A stretch of 64,000 nucleotides of DNA from Terriglobia bacterium (GTDB lineage: Bacteria; Acidobacteriota; Terriglobia; Acidiferrales; UBA7541), in the NCBI GenBank assembly GCA_963695545.1, contig OY968796.1:1920001-1984000 (forward strand), in the 5' to 3' direction. How positions within the stretch are numbered: position 1 is the stretch's first letter; every line of letters starts with the position of its first letter. The notes under the pieces were generated by a model. The model ran no database searches and had not been told where the DNA came from. It worked only from the letters and a program-made list of their open reading frames with translations. The position numbers and the translations under genes were made by a program. Shown piece by piece: positions 43,172 through 53,053 of this stretch.

Positions 43172-43317
43172 GGCGGCCGAACCCTTGGGTTGTTCAGGGC
43201 AGCTCCCCATCTCTCGGCGAACGGGACCCGCAGGTCACCCCGGCGAATCCCAGCATTCTCGTGTTGGGGGTGGGGAAGCTGCGGGTTCTCCAAGTCTTGA
43301 GAGCCCGGGAGCAACGC

Positions 43318-43623
43318 ATGGAATACCACGATAAGGTCCTGAAGTGCGGCGAGTGCGGAGCTGAGTTTGTTTTCACCGCCGGCGAACAGATGTTTTTCGC
43401 CGACAAGGGTTTCAAGAACGAGCCCAAGCGGTGCAAGAGCTGCAAAGCCAAGCGCGCTCAAGGCATGGGCCAGGCAAGTAGTCAGCAGAGATCGGAAACC
43501 AAGACGACCTGCTCGCAGTGCGGCAAGGAAACCACCGTTCCCTTCCGCCCCACGCAAGGGCGTCCGGTCTATTGCCGGGAATGTTTCCAGGCGCGGCGAT
43601 CTTTGGGCGGCGCGCCCGCCTAA
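43318..43623 (+). CDS. Zinc-ribbon / CxxC-x17-CxxC domain protein
   Basis: CGECGAEFVFTAGEQ.FF..KGF.NEPKRC..C and CSQCG...VPFRP..GRPVYCREC. Confidence 0.9.
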   Translation: MEYHDKVLKCGECGAEFVFTAGEQMFFADKGFKNEPKRCKSCKAKRAQGMGQASSQQRSETKTTCSQCGKETTVPFRPTQGRPVYCRECFQARRSLGGAPA

Positions 43624-43868
43624 TCGTCTTCGCGGGCTCCGCTATCCCGGCGAACGCAGCGAACCGCGCGTCGCGGTTCGTGGCCAGGATGCGGGCTCTA
43701 CTTCAAGCTCGCCAGAACAGCGTGCACACAGCGTGTCCGCCGAGTTTTTCCGCTTTACCTCGCTTCGCACCGTGCGATCTGTAACGGCACCTGCTACGAT
43801 TATTTAGCTGAATTAATTGTCGCGCGGTTTTGTTGACTGATTGCCAGAGAAATGTCCGCGGAGAAAGA

Positions 43869-45311
43869 ATGAAGACGTCGCTTCCCCAATCCGCCGTGCA
43901 GCAGATCGAGTCGCGTCTCGAAGTAGCCAGCGCCTCGTTCGCGCGGCGCTATCCGGGCGAAAGCGGCCGGCGGCAACCCGTGCACGTGGTTTACGGCGGC
44001 GCGCATCTGTTCCGCGCCGATACGGCCGCAAAGTTGGGAGAAGTGGCGCGCCGCGCGCTTGAAGAATACGGCGGCGAACCCATCGCATTCGCGCGCGCCA
44101 TTGGGCTTGCGGGGGCCGATTCACTTCCGGCTTCCGCGGCGCAGGCCAAGAGTTTGGCGCGGCGCTTCGCCGCCGATCCCGAGCGGTTGCGCCGTGAGAA
44201 TGGCGCGGCCTGGCTGGCCCTGGCGGTGCACGGTCGCGTGCGCGAAAAGCTGGAGCGCGAGCCCGTCGAGGATTTCCGCATCGATTTCGAGGATGGCTAC
44301 GGCAATCGTCCCGACGAGGAAGAAGATCTGCACGCGCAAGGCGCGGCGGAGGAAGTGGCGCGGGGAATGGCGATGGGTTCGCTGCCGCCATTTATCGGCA
44401 TTCGCATCAAGCCGCTAACGCCGGAACTGCGGCAGCGCAGCATTCGTACGCTCGATATTTTTCTCACCAGTTTGCTCGAAGCCACGCGCGGGCGGTTGCC
44501 GCAGAATTTCGTCGTGACGCTGCCGAAAATTGTTGTGCCGGAGCAGGCTGCGGCGCTTGCGGCGCTTCTTGACGCGTTCGAGGACGCCGCGGGTCTTGCG
44601 CACGGCGCGCTGCGTTTCGAGTTGATGATCGAAACGCCGCAATCCATCATGAACGAGCGCGGCGAATCGAACTTGCCGCGATTTCTCGACGCTTCCGCCG
44701 GCCGCTGCGCCGCGGCGCACTTCGGCACCTACGATTACACCGCGAGTTGCAGCATCACCGCCGCCTACCAGACCATGACGAATCCCGTATGCGATTTCGC
44801 CAAGGAGATGATGCAGGTGGCTTTTGCCGGCACCGGCGTGTGGATTTCCGATGGCGCGACAAATATTTTGCCCGCGCCGCCGCATCGCGCGCAGGCCGGA
44901 AAGAAACTCACGCCGCGCCAGCGCCAGGAAAATCGCGCCGTGGTGCATCGTGCCTGGCATTTGCACGTCGCCCACATTCGCCACTCGCTCGAGGGCGGCT
45001 ACTATCAGGGATGGGATTTGCATCCGGCGCAATTGCCGACGCGCTTCGCCGCGGTGTACGCGTTTTTTCTTGCGGGACTTGACGCCGCGGCCGAGCGGTT
45101 GAAGCACTTCGTTGAGAAAGCCGCGAAGGCCACGCTGATCGGCGACGTCTTCGACGACGCGGCCACCGGGCAGGGACTTTTGAATTTCTTTCTGCGCGCC
45201 ATCAATTGCGGCGCCATCAGCGAAGCCGAAGCCGAACGCCGCACAGGCGTGACGGCGGAGGAATTGCGCGGCGCATCGTTCCTGAAAATTCTGAAGAACC
45301 GCGCGCGCTGA
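43869..45311 (+). CDS. HpcH/HpaI aldolase-citrate lyase (CitE)-fold protein, DUF6986-like
   Basis: RQPVHVVYGGA, IDFEDGYG, TLPK, MIETPQ, HFGTYDY, SDGATN and YQGWDLHPAQL. Confidence 0.8.
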   Translation: MKTSLPQSAVQQIESRLEVASASFARRYPGESGRRQPVHVVYGGAHLFRADTAAKLGEVARRALEEYGGEPIAFARAIGLAGADSLPASAAQAKSLARRFAADPERLRRENGAAWLALAVHGRVREKLEREPVEDFRIDFEDGYGNRPDEEEDLHAQGAAEEVARGMAMGSLPPFIGIRIKPLTPELRQRSIRTLDIFLTSLLEATRGRLPQNFVVTLPKIVVPEQAAALAALLDAFEDAAGLAHGALRFELMIETPQSIMNERGESNLPRFLDASAGRCAAAHFGTYDYTASCSITAAYQTMTNPVCDFAKEMMQVAFAGTGVWISDGATNILPAPPHRAQAGKKLTPRQRQENRAVVHRAWHLHVAHIRHSLEGGYYQGWDLHPAQLPTRFAAVYAFFLAGLDAAAERLKHFVEKAAKATLIGDVFDDAATGQGLLNFFLRAINCGAISEAEAERRTGVTAEELRGASFLKILKNRAR

Positions 45312-45351
45312 CGCGGCCCCCCCGAAGTTATCCTTATTTATTGGCGCGCGG

Positions 45352-46200
45352 CTATCGGCGAAATGTTGCTTCGATCAAGCCGTAAGGCTGAACGGTCGGC
45401 AGGAAAATCTCGTTGTTGTTGCGCAGGCCGAACGGTCCAAGGTCCATAGGGATGTGATGTTTGTTGGGCAGCGAGAAATGGATTTCCGAAACGTCGTCGA
45501 ACGAAGCAAGCACGGCTTCGCCCATCGCGTACATGGTGTGCTGCACCGAGCGGCTCTCGTGCTCGGCAAACGTTTCGAGGATCGTGCGCCGCACGCCTTC
45601 CCACATCGCGCCGTAGGCAAGACCGGCGCGCGCGTACAGCCAATTCGCCGCGATGGCCGTGGCGAAAATGCGATCGCTGGTTTCCTTGAGCGTGGTGAAA
45701 ATGTCGTTGCGAAAGCCCTCGAATCCGGAATGGCTGCTCTTCAGCACCACCAAGTCCTCAATCCCCGCGCGCACCGTGGTGGTTGCGTCGCGCAAGCCGC
45801 TGACCTCCGCGGTTCGCTTGTCGCTTGCGGCGCGCACAAACGCAGAGCCATGCGGCCGTCCGCCGACGGAGATCCGCGACCACGGGCTCTCCCACACATC
45901 TACAGTAGCCTTGGTGACCGCGGGGTTGATGCGCAGAAAATGAGAGACCAGGCGCGCGGCAAACTCTTCGATCTCGCCGGTGCCGGCCGCCGCGAGAGCG
46001 TACACGGTATTTTTCATGGTGTCGGTTGCGGTGATGTTGGAGTTGTCGCCCGCGGAGTGGGCAGCGGCGAAATCGCCTTCCACCTGAATACAAACCGAAA
46101 GGTCCGTGATCTCGTGCAATTCGCCGCGCCGCTCAAGACGCACCATTTTCACGAGCGATTTTCCGTAACCGTTCCAGACCATGTTCATCGAAGCGGTCAA
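45352..46200 (-). CDS. pucL: Urate oxidase (cofactor-independent uricase)
   Basis: YGK, ATDTMKNT, VLKSS.SGF, SVQHT, PNKHH and PYGLI; start 46200 (TTG) or 46188 (ATG). Confidence 0.93.
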   Translation of the reverse strand: MTASMNMVWNGYGKSLVKMVRLERRGELHEITDLSVCIQVEGDFAAAHSAGDNSNITATDTMKNTVYALAAAGTGEIEEFAARLVSHFLRINPAVTKATVDVWESPWSRISVGGRPHGSAFVRAASDKRTAEVSGLRDATTTVRAGIEDLVVLKSSHSGFEGFRNDIFTTLKETSDRIFATAIAANWLYARAGLAYGAMWEGVRRTILETFAEHESRSVQHTMYAMGEAVLASFDDVSEIHFSLPNKHHIPMDLGPFGLRNNNEIFLPTVQPYGLIEATFRR

Positions 46201-46538
46201 CTCCCGCGATAGGTCGAATAGCCGTACGGACTCAAAAGCAGCGGCACGTGATGGTTCTCGGCCGGATCGCGCACTTCAAACACGATCACGACTTGGGGAT
46301 AAAATCCCGCGACGCCCAACGCTTGAAAGTATGCGCCGGTATCGAACACCAGGCGATAGGTTCCGGCGGCGAGCGATGCACCGGCCGGCGCAAAATTCAC
46401 GGCGCGACCGTCGGCTGAAGTTTTGGCGCTACCGACGCGCTGCCATTCTCCGGCGGATGAGTGTTCGAGCACGACGCCGAGGCCCGCCGCGGGGCGGCCG
46501 CGCGATGTGTCGAGCACGTGTGTCGAGATTCCGCTCAC
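46197..46538 (-). CDS. uraH: 5-hydroxyisourate hydrolase
   Basis: ISTHVLDT..G.PA and HHVPLLLSPYGYSTYRGS transthyretin-like motifs. Confidence 0.96.
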   Translation of the reverse strand: MSGISTHVLDTSRGRPAAGLGVVLEHSSAGEWQRVGSAKTSADGRAVNFAPAGASLAAGTYRLVFDTGAYFQALGVAGFYPQVVIVFEVRDPAENHHVPLLLSPYGYSTYRGS

Positions 46539-47062
46539 TCAGATTCCGGCTCGGCGCCGCCCGAGAATAATTTCTCGAGGCGCCGGCGCGCGATCCGCCG
46601 CTGCTGCTCGGCGGCCTCGCGCAATTCCAACCGGGGATTATTCTGGATGCGCTGCTCAAGAAGCGCAAGTATCTCGGCGCGAGACTTCCCGGAGGCGTCC
46701 ACGATAAAGATAAAACCGAATCTCACCTGGTAGGCGCGATTGGCTTGAGCCAAGCGCGCGGCAACGTCTTCGCTCGCGGCGTTTGCCGCGGCTTGCTCCT
46801 GCGCGGCCCAGCGGCGCGCGGATTCCGAACCGGTTGCCGCGCGCTCGCCGATTTTGGGATGCGCGGCGAAGGCTTCGAGCCAATCCGCGCGGTCGAGCGA
46901 CCACCAGATTTCGTCCGCGGCTTCGCACAGCGCGGAGAAATCCGCGAATAGCCGACGCGCGGCGATCTCGCTGGCCCAGCGTTGCGAGCCGCAGCAGGCG
47001 ATCACTTCGGCTTCGGCGTCGCCGCGCGGCAGGGCGTTCCATTTTGCGAGGGCCGGAGTCAT
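46535..47062 (-). CDS. uraD: OHCU decarboxylase
   Basis: CCGS..W, AFAAHPKIG, EQ, Y..RFGFIFIV and EQ.RI; ATGA overlap with alc. Confidence 0.92.
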   Translation of the reverse strand: MTPALAKWNALPRGDAEAEVIACCGSQRWASEIAARRLFADFSALCEAADEIWWSLDRADWLEAFAAHPKIGERAATGSESARRWAAQEQAAANAASEDVAARLAQANRAYQVRFGFIFIVDASGKSRAEILALLEQRIQNNPRLELREAAEQQRRIARRRLEKLFSGGAEPESE

Positions 47063-48057
47063 CGCGCGTGTTGTGTGCGCTGGCCGAAAACGCGCAGGCG
47101 CGCTACGCCGCCATCGGGATAAATATTCAGGCGAACGTGCGTGGCTTCGCCGGACGAGCGCAGCTCTTTCTCGAAAACACGGCGCGCGTCGGCTTCGAGA
47201 GGCGTGCGCGCCAGAACTTCGGTCCAATCGAGATTCGCGTGTGTCGCGTCACCGCTTGCAGCACGGCTGGCGTCGAGCGAGCAGCTTTCGGGGAAATTGC
47301 CTTTGAAGAATGAAGTTTCCACGACAACACGGTGAATCGTTCCCGATGCGCCCAAACGCACGACGGCCCAATCGTGGCCGGGTCCGCGGCGGCGGCGCGT
47401 TTCCCAGCCGTCGAACATTCCGAGCGCTGGGCCGGGCAGAATGAGATTCGCGGGGGAACCGAAAAACATATCGCTCGAAGCTACGATCACTCCGCCGTGT
47501 TCAACCGCGGCGAGATCCACTTCTTCCCCAGCGTGCTCAATTTTCTCCCAATCCGGCAGGACTTCGCCGTGAACGCGCAGGCGAGCTACGCCGCCGTCAG
47601 GGAAAATCTTGAGGCGAAGATGAGTGAAGCGTTGTGCGGATGTGATGTGGAACCGGTTTTGCGAATCCCCGATCAGTGTGGATTCGGAGAGAATTTCCGT
47701 CCACGGATGCGCGGCAGCGAGCAGCAATTCGAGAGAGGGCGTGCCGGTGGCGACGCAAGCTTCAAGCGAAGCGCGCGCGGGAAAGTTTCCCTTGAAGAAA
47801 CTTGTGTCCACCACGACGCCGCGGATTCGGCCGGGGAGGCCGAGCTTGACGACGCACCAATCGTAACCAGGGGTGCGGCGGCGGCGCGTCTCCCAGCCGT
47901 CCATCCATTTGCCGCGGTCGGTGTATTTTTCCGCGACGAAAATGGGCGCGGCGGGTTTTAGTAGATTTTCCTTGGGCGCGAAAAAATCGTCATTGGCGGC
48001 AAGAACCCGGCCGCCCAGCCGCTCCGATGCCAGATCGACGAGTTCGGTGAAATCCAT
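47059..48057 (-). CDS. alc: Allantoicase
   Basis: Two repeats, each with DGWETRRRR, FKGNFP and I(F/Y)PDGGVARLRV. Confidence 0.96.
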   Translation of the reverse strand: MDFTELVDLASERLGGRVLAANDDFFAPKENLLKPAAPIFVAEKYTDRGKWMDGWETRRRRTPGYDWCVVKLGLPGRIRGVVVDTSFFKGNFPARASLEACVATGTPSLELLLAAAHPWTEILSESTLIGDSQNRFHITSAQRFTHLRLKIFPDGGVARLRVHGEVLPDWEKIEHAGEEVDLAAVEHGGVIVASSDMFFGSPANLILPGPALGMFDGWETRRRRGPGHDWAVVRLGASGTIHRVVVETSFFKGNFPESCSLDASRAASGDATHANLDWTEVLARTPLEADARRVFEKELRSSGEATHVRLNIYPDGGVARLRVFGQRTQHAR

Positions 48058-49418
48058 CAGCGCGCTTCCCGTTCGAGCAGCGAGCCCGCGGGCCGCCCGA
48101 AAAAGTTTCCGTCCTCGAAAATGCGGCGACCCTTTAAGAATGTCGCTTGTACCACGCCGGCCAATGCTTCGCCAGCGTACGGAGTTAACTTGTGGCGCTG
48201 ATGCATTTGGGCGCGTTTCACGTGGAACATTTCCTCGGGGTCCCAGATGGCGAGATCCGCGTCGGCGCCTTCGGCCAGAACTCCTTTTCGGTCATCAAGA
48301 CCGAGCAGACGCGCGGGGCCCTCGCAAAGCCACCGTGCGACTTGAGAGAGAGTGTGGCCGCGGCGGCGCGCTTCGGTCCACACGATGGGCAGGCGGAGTT
48401 CGAGCGAGGCGATGCCTCCCCAGGCTCGGAAAAAATTGCCGCGCGCGCCGGTTTTCATTTCGGGCGGACATGGAGAATGGTCGGAGACGATGAAATCGAT
48501 TTCGCCGCGCGCGAGCGCGCGCCAAAGACGATCGCGATTTGTGGCGTCGCGAATCGGCGGAGCGCACTTGAAGGCCACAGCGCCATCGCGGATCGCGGCA
48601 CTGGAAAAGAAAAGATAGTGCGGGCAGGTTTCGACGCTGATCGGAAAGTGCGCGCGGCGCGCGCGGCGCAGCGACGGAAGCGCCGCCGATGCGGAAAGAT
48701 GAACGATGTGAACGCGCGCGCGAAATTCGCGGGCGAGTCGAATCAACAGAGCGATGGCATCGCATTCGGCTTCGGGCGGGCGCGAGGCGAGCCACGTGGC
48801 GTAGCGTTTTGGATTTGCGCGCGCGAGTCGCGCGGTCGCGGCTTCGATTGGGCCGGGCAATTCCGCGTGCGCGAGTAGCGCGGCGCAGAGGCGCGCGAGC
48901 ACGGGCATGGCGGCGCGGAGATCGCGTTCCGTAACGTGCGCAAATTCCGGAACGCCTGACGGCACGAGGAAACACTTGAAGCCGAAAACTCCGGCTTCGT
49001 GCAGCGGACGAAGTGCGGCGGTGTTCCCCGGCACGACGCCGCCCCAGAAGCCGACGTCTACGTAGCAGCGACCGCGGGCCGCGCGGCGTTTCGCTTCGAG
49101 CGCGCGCAATGTGGTCGTCGCGGGAATGCTGTTGAGCGGCATATCGACGAGCGTGGTCACGCCGCCGGCAGCGGCGGCGCGCGTCGCGGTGGAGAAGCCT
49201 TCCCAGGAAGTGCGGCCCGGTTCGTTGATGTGCACATGCGAATCGACCAAGCCAGCCATTACGACCGAGCGGCCGACGTCGTAGAGCTTGCAGCCGGCGG
49301 GCGCGGATTCCCAATCGGCAACGGCGGTGATGCGGCCGCTCCTGATGTGCAGGGCGGCGCGGCGCACGCCTTGCGGCGTGATCACGCGCTCGCTGCGAAC
49401 CACTAAATCCAATTTCAT
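48057..49418 (-). CDS. allB: Allantoinase
   Basis: DSHVHINEPG, DMPLNS, FKCF, ETCPHYL, KCAPPIR, SDHSP and AWGGI. Confidence 0.95.
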   Translation of the reverse strand: MKLDLVVRSERVITPQGVRRAALHIRSGRITAVADWESAPAGCKLYDVGRSVVMAGLVDSHVHINEPGRTSWEGFSTATRAAAAGGVTTLVDMPLNSIPATTTLRALEAKRRAARGRCYVDVGFWGGVVPGNTAALRPLHEAGVFGFKCFLVPSGVPEFAHVTERDLRAAMPVLARLCAALLAHAELPGPIEAATARLARANPKRYATWLASRPPEAECDAIALLIRLAREFRARVHIVHLSASAALPSLRRARRAHFPISVETCPHYLFFSSAAIRDGAVAFKCAPPIRDATNRDRLWRALARGEIDFIVSDHSPCPPEMKTGARGNFFRAWGGIASLELRLPIVWTEARRRGHTLSQVARWLCEGPARLLGLDDRKGVLAEGADADLAIWDPEEMFHVKRAQMHQRHKLTPYAGEALAGVVQATFLKGRRIFEDGNFFGRPAGSLLEREAR

Positions 49419-50278
49419 GCGCGTAGAGTTTTCAAGAATTCTTCCAAGAGATTTTGCGCGACGCGCAGGCGATAACGCGCGGTCGAGCGAATGTCATCGA
49501 TGGGAGCGATGTCGCGTTCGAGCGCAGCGCGCGCCGCTGCAAATGCGCCGGGCACGAGAGGCTTGCCGTGAAGAGCAGCTTCGGCCGCTTTCGCGCGCAT
49601 CACGGTGGGAGCCACGCTGCCGAAAGCGATGCGAATATCGCGAATCGTTTTCGCGTCGATGAGCGCGGCTGCGGCGAGGCACACTTTCGAGATGGCTTGG
49701 GCTCTGCGCGTGCCGACCTTGGCGTACTGCTGAATCCAATCTTTCTTGTCGCGCGGCAGGCGAATGCGCGCGATCAATTCGTCGGGGCGCAGCAACATTT
49801 TTTTGTAGCCGATGTGGAAACCATCGTACGGAATCCAGCGCGAGCCGGCGGCGGAGACAAGCTCGAGCGATGCGTCGTAAACGACGAGCGCCGGCGGGGA
49901 ATCGGCAGCGGGCGAGGCGTTAGCGATGTTTCCGCCGAGCGTGCCACGATTTTGCGTGGCGACGCTGCCGGTTTCCGCCGCGGCGCGGCAGAGCAGCGGA
50001 AATTCGGCGGTAAGGATTGCGTGGTTTTGGATATCCGTGTAGGTGGCGAGCGCGCCGAGCGTGATGGAATCTTCCGCGAAAGTGATGCCGCGGAGTTCCG
50101 GCAGCTTCCAAATATTCAAATAGCGACGGTGGGAAAGTTTGCCGGCTTCGAGCAAAACCATCAGATCGGTGCCGCCGGCAAATGGCCGCCAGACGCCGGG
50201 CTCACGCGCGAGCGTGGACACGGTTTCGGCCAGCGTGGCCGGCGTGCGCATCTCGTAGGCGGGGACATAAGACCTCAC
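49415..50278 (-). CDS. Xanthine dehydrogenase family FAD-binding subunit
   Basis: AGGTDL, QNRGTLGGNIANASPAADS and PIDDIRSTARYR. Confidence 0.92.
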   Translation of the reverse strand: MRSYVPAYEMRTPATLAETVSTLAREPGVWRPFAGGTDLMVLLEAGKLSHRRYLNIWKLPELRGITFAEDSITLGALATYTDIQNHAILTAEFPLLCRAAAETGSVATQNRGTLGGNIANASPAADSPPALVVYDASLELVSAAGSRWIPYDGFHIGYKKMLLRPDELIARIRLPRDKKDWIQQYAKVGTRRAQAISKVCLAAAALIDAKTIRDIRIAFGSVAPTVMRAKAAEAALHGKPLVPGAFAAARAALERDIAPIDDIRSTARYRLRVAQNLLEEFLKTLRA

Positions 50279-50769
50279 GGCGTGACGCTCGTAGTTTGGC
50301 AGGCGCGCACGACGGCCTCGAAAATTCTGGTGTAGCCAGTGCAGCGGCAGAGATTGCCGGAAAGGCCGGCGCGAATTTCTGCGTCAGTGGGATGCGGATG
50401 CTTTTCGAGCAAGACGTGCGCGGCCAAAATCATGCCGGGCGTGCAGATGCCGCACTGCGCGCCGCCGCAGGAGAGGAACGCTTCCTGAACCGCGGCGAGT
50501 TGTTCGCCGGAGTGAGCCAGGCCTTCGATGGTACGGATATCGGAGCCGTCAGCTTGTGCGACGGGCACGAGACAGCTATTTACGAGCGCGCCGTCAAGGA
50601 GGACCGAGCAGGCGCCGCATTCGCCTTCGCCGCAACCTTCTTTCGTGCCGGTCAGCGCGAGTTCGCGGCGCAGCGCATCGAGCAAGCGTTCCATCGGCCA
50701 GGCGCGGAAGCGGCGCGGCGAGCCGTTCACCGTACATGCAATTTCGATTTTTGCGGAGGCGTCAGGCAC
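50275..50769 (-). CDS. Xanthine dehydrogenase family 2Fe-2S subunit
   Basis: GCGEGECGAC, QCGICTPG and GNLCRCTGY; GTG start inferred. Confidence 0.92.
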   Translation of the reverse strand: MPDASAKIEIACTVNGSPRRFRAWPMERLLDALRRELALTGTKEGCGEGECGACSVLLDGALVNSCLVPVAQADGSDIRTIEGLAHSGEQLAAVQEAFLSCGGAQCGICTPGMILAAHVLLEKHPHPTDAEIRAGLSGNLCRCTGYTRIFEAVVRACQTTSVTP

Positions 50770-53035
50770 GCGGCCTCGCGTGCTCGGGTTCGTGCGCGGC
50801 GGCGGCTGAGTCGAACGCTTCCATGATGCGCTCGGGCGTCGCCGGAATTTCGCGGATCGAAAGGCCGGTGGCATTTTCGATGGCGTTCAAAATGGCGGGC
50901 GCGGGACCGTCGATCGGAAGTTCGCCGATGCCTTTGGCGCCGTCGGGGCCGAACGCGTAGGGATTTTCCTCGAAGAAGACGCGGATGCGCGGCAGGTCGG
51001 CCGAGGTGGGCATGATGTAGTTGGTCATTTGACCGTTGGCCATGCGGCCGTCGTGCCAAACAACATTTTCGGTGAGCGCGAAACCCACGCCTTGCGCGAT
51101 GCCGCCTTCGATTTGTCCTGCGGCGAGAACGGGGTGAATCACCTTGCCGACTTCCTGCACGGCGACGAAGTCATCGACGCGCGCTTCAAACGTCGCGGTG
51201 TCGACCGTGACCTCGGCGACGTAAACGGCCCACGCGTAGGTGCCGTAGGCGTCGCCGGAATATGTGGCGTCGTCCCAATGCAGGCCTGGCGGCGCGTGAT
51301 ATTGGCTGCGCGAGCGAAGCGGGCCGCGCGTTTCGATGTAGAGGCGGCACGCGCTCGAAAAATCCGCTGAGGAATATTCCGCCGCGAGCAAGCCGGAGGA
51401 TGCGAGTTCGTGCTTGAGGCCGAGCGCCGCGGCTTCGACGAGTTTGCCGACGACCATTGAGGTGCGCGAGGCGACGGTGGGGCCGCTATTGGGCACGGCG
51501 GCGGTATCGGGCTGCGCGATTTCGATTTGATCGTAATCGAGACCGAGAGCGTCGGCGGCGATCTGCGCGAAGACGGTGTTGGCACCCTGGCCCATCTCGG
51601 TGTTGGCGGTCATCACGCGCACGCGGCCTTCCGGCGTGGCCTCGGCTTCGACGACGGAAGCCAGATAGGTTTCGCCTGAGCCGGTGAATCCGGCGCCGTG
51701 GAAAAACGCGGCGAAGCCGATGCCTTTTTTCACGCGCGCGGCCGGATTTTCGCGCGCGAAACGCTCGCGCTTCGCGGCGTAATCACTTTCGCGCAGAGCG
51801 CGATCGAGCAGGCGGTTCATGTCCACGGCTTCGTGGATCACTTGGCCGGTGGCCGTGGTTTCGCCCGTGTGGATGAAATTGCGGCGGCGAAATTCTTCGG
51901 GCGAAAGGCCGATGGCTTGGGCGACGCGATCCATGTGACGCTCGAGCGCGAAAATACTTTGCGGCGCGCCGAATCCGCGAAACGCGCCGTGTGGCGGAGC
52001 ATTGGTGGCCACGACGCGCGAGCGGATGCGCACGTTGGGGCAAAAGTAAGGGCCAGCGGCGTGAATGGTGCCGCGCGAAAGGACGACGGACGAGAGCGTG
52101 GCGTAAGCGCCGCCGTCGAGCGCGAAGTCGATATCCATGGCGAGAAGTTTGCCGTCGCGCGTGACCGCGGTGCGATGGCGCGTGCGCGAAGGATGGCGCT
52201 TGGTGGTGGCGGCCATGTCTTCGGCGCGATCGTAGACGATTTTCACCGGGCGGCCCGATTTCCAGGCGAGCAGCGCGGCGTGTCCGGCGATCATCGAGGG
52301 ATATTCTTCCTTGCCGCCGAAGCCGCCTCCGGTTTCCGCTTGCACCACGCGAATTTTCTCCGCGGGCAAACCGAATATCGGAACGAGGGCTTTGTGGATG
52401 TAGTAGGGACACTGCATCGAGCCCCACACGGTGACGCCGTTGTGCGGATTCGCGATCGAGACCATGGCCTGCGGCTCGATGTAAAGCTGCTCTTGCGCGC
52501 CGGTGCGATACTCGCCTTCGACGACCACGCAATCGGCGCGCGCGAAGGCGGTTTCGACGTCGCCTTTATTCACCGCGTAGGATTTGAAAACGTTGTCCTT
52601 GCCCCAGATGATTTCCTTGCGCGCGAGTGAATCTTCGAGCGTGAAAATCGGAGGCAACGGTTCGATTTCGATGCGCACGTCACGGCGCGCTTCTTCGAGG
52701 AGATACGGATCGGCGTGGGCGAGGAGCACGATGGCTTCTTCGGGATGATTGACCGCGCCATCGGCGAGCAGCGGCTGATCATGTTCGATCAGCAGAACGC
52801 AATTTTCGCCGGGAATATCGCGCGCGGTGACGATGATGAATTCGTCCCACGGAATGCCCGGACCGAATTCGATTTTGCGGATGATGCCGCGCGGAACTTC
52901 GCTGCGCACGGTGACGCCGTAGAGAAGGCCGGGGAAGGTGAGATCGTCGGTGTAGCGCGCGCGTCCGGTGACTTTGTCGCGGCCCTCTTTCCGCGGCACG
53001 GAGCGTCCCACCAACTTTTCTCTCGGCGAGTGCAT
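50762..53035 (-). CDS. Xanthine dehydrogenase family molybdopterin-binding subunit
   Basis: GGGFGGK, AFRGFGAPQ, EMGQG, QIEGG and KGIGE. Confidence 0.93.
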   Translation of the reverse strand: MHSPREKLVGRSVPRKEGRDKVTGRARYTDDLTFPGLLYGVTVRSEVPRGIIRKIEFGPGIPWDEFIIVTARDIPGENCVLLIEHDQPLLADGAVNHPEEAIVLLAHADPYLLEEARRDVRIEIEPLPPIFTLEDSLARKEIIWGKDNVFKSYAVNKGDVETAFARADCVVVEGEYRTGAQEQLYIEPQAMVSIANPHNGVTVWGSMQCPYYIHKALVPIFGLPAEKIRVVQAETGGGFGGKEEYPSMIAGHAALLAWKSGRPVKIVYDRAEDMAATTKRHPSRTRHRTAVTRDGKLLAMDIDFALDGGAYATLSSVVLSRGTIHAAGPYFCPNVRIRSRVVATNAPPHGAFRGFGAPQSIFALERHMDRVAQAIGLSPEEFRRRNFIHTGETTATGQVIHEAVDMNRLLDRALRESDYAAKRERFARENPAARVKKGIGFAAFFHGAGFTGSGETYLASVVEAEATPEGRVRVMTANTEMGQGANTVFAQIAADALGLDYDQIEIAQPDTAAVPNSGPTVASRTSMVVGKLVEAAALGLKHELASSGLLAAEYSSADFSSACRLYIETRGPLRSRSQYHAPPGLHWDDATYSGDAYGTYAWAVYVAEVTVDTATFEARVDDFVAVQEVGKVIHPVLAAGQIEGGIAQGVGFALTENVVWHDGRMANGQMTNYIMPTSADLPRIRVFFEENPYAFGPDGAKGIGELPIDGPAPAILNAIENATGLSIREIPATPERIMEAFDSAAAAHEPEHARPRA

Positions 53036-53053
53036 AGGCCTCGACGCCGCCGC

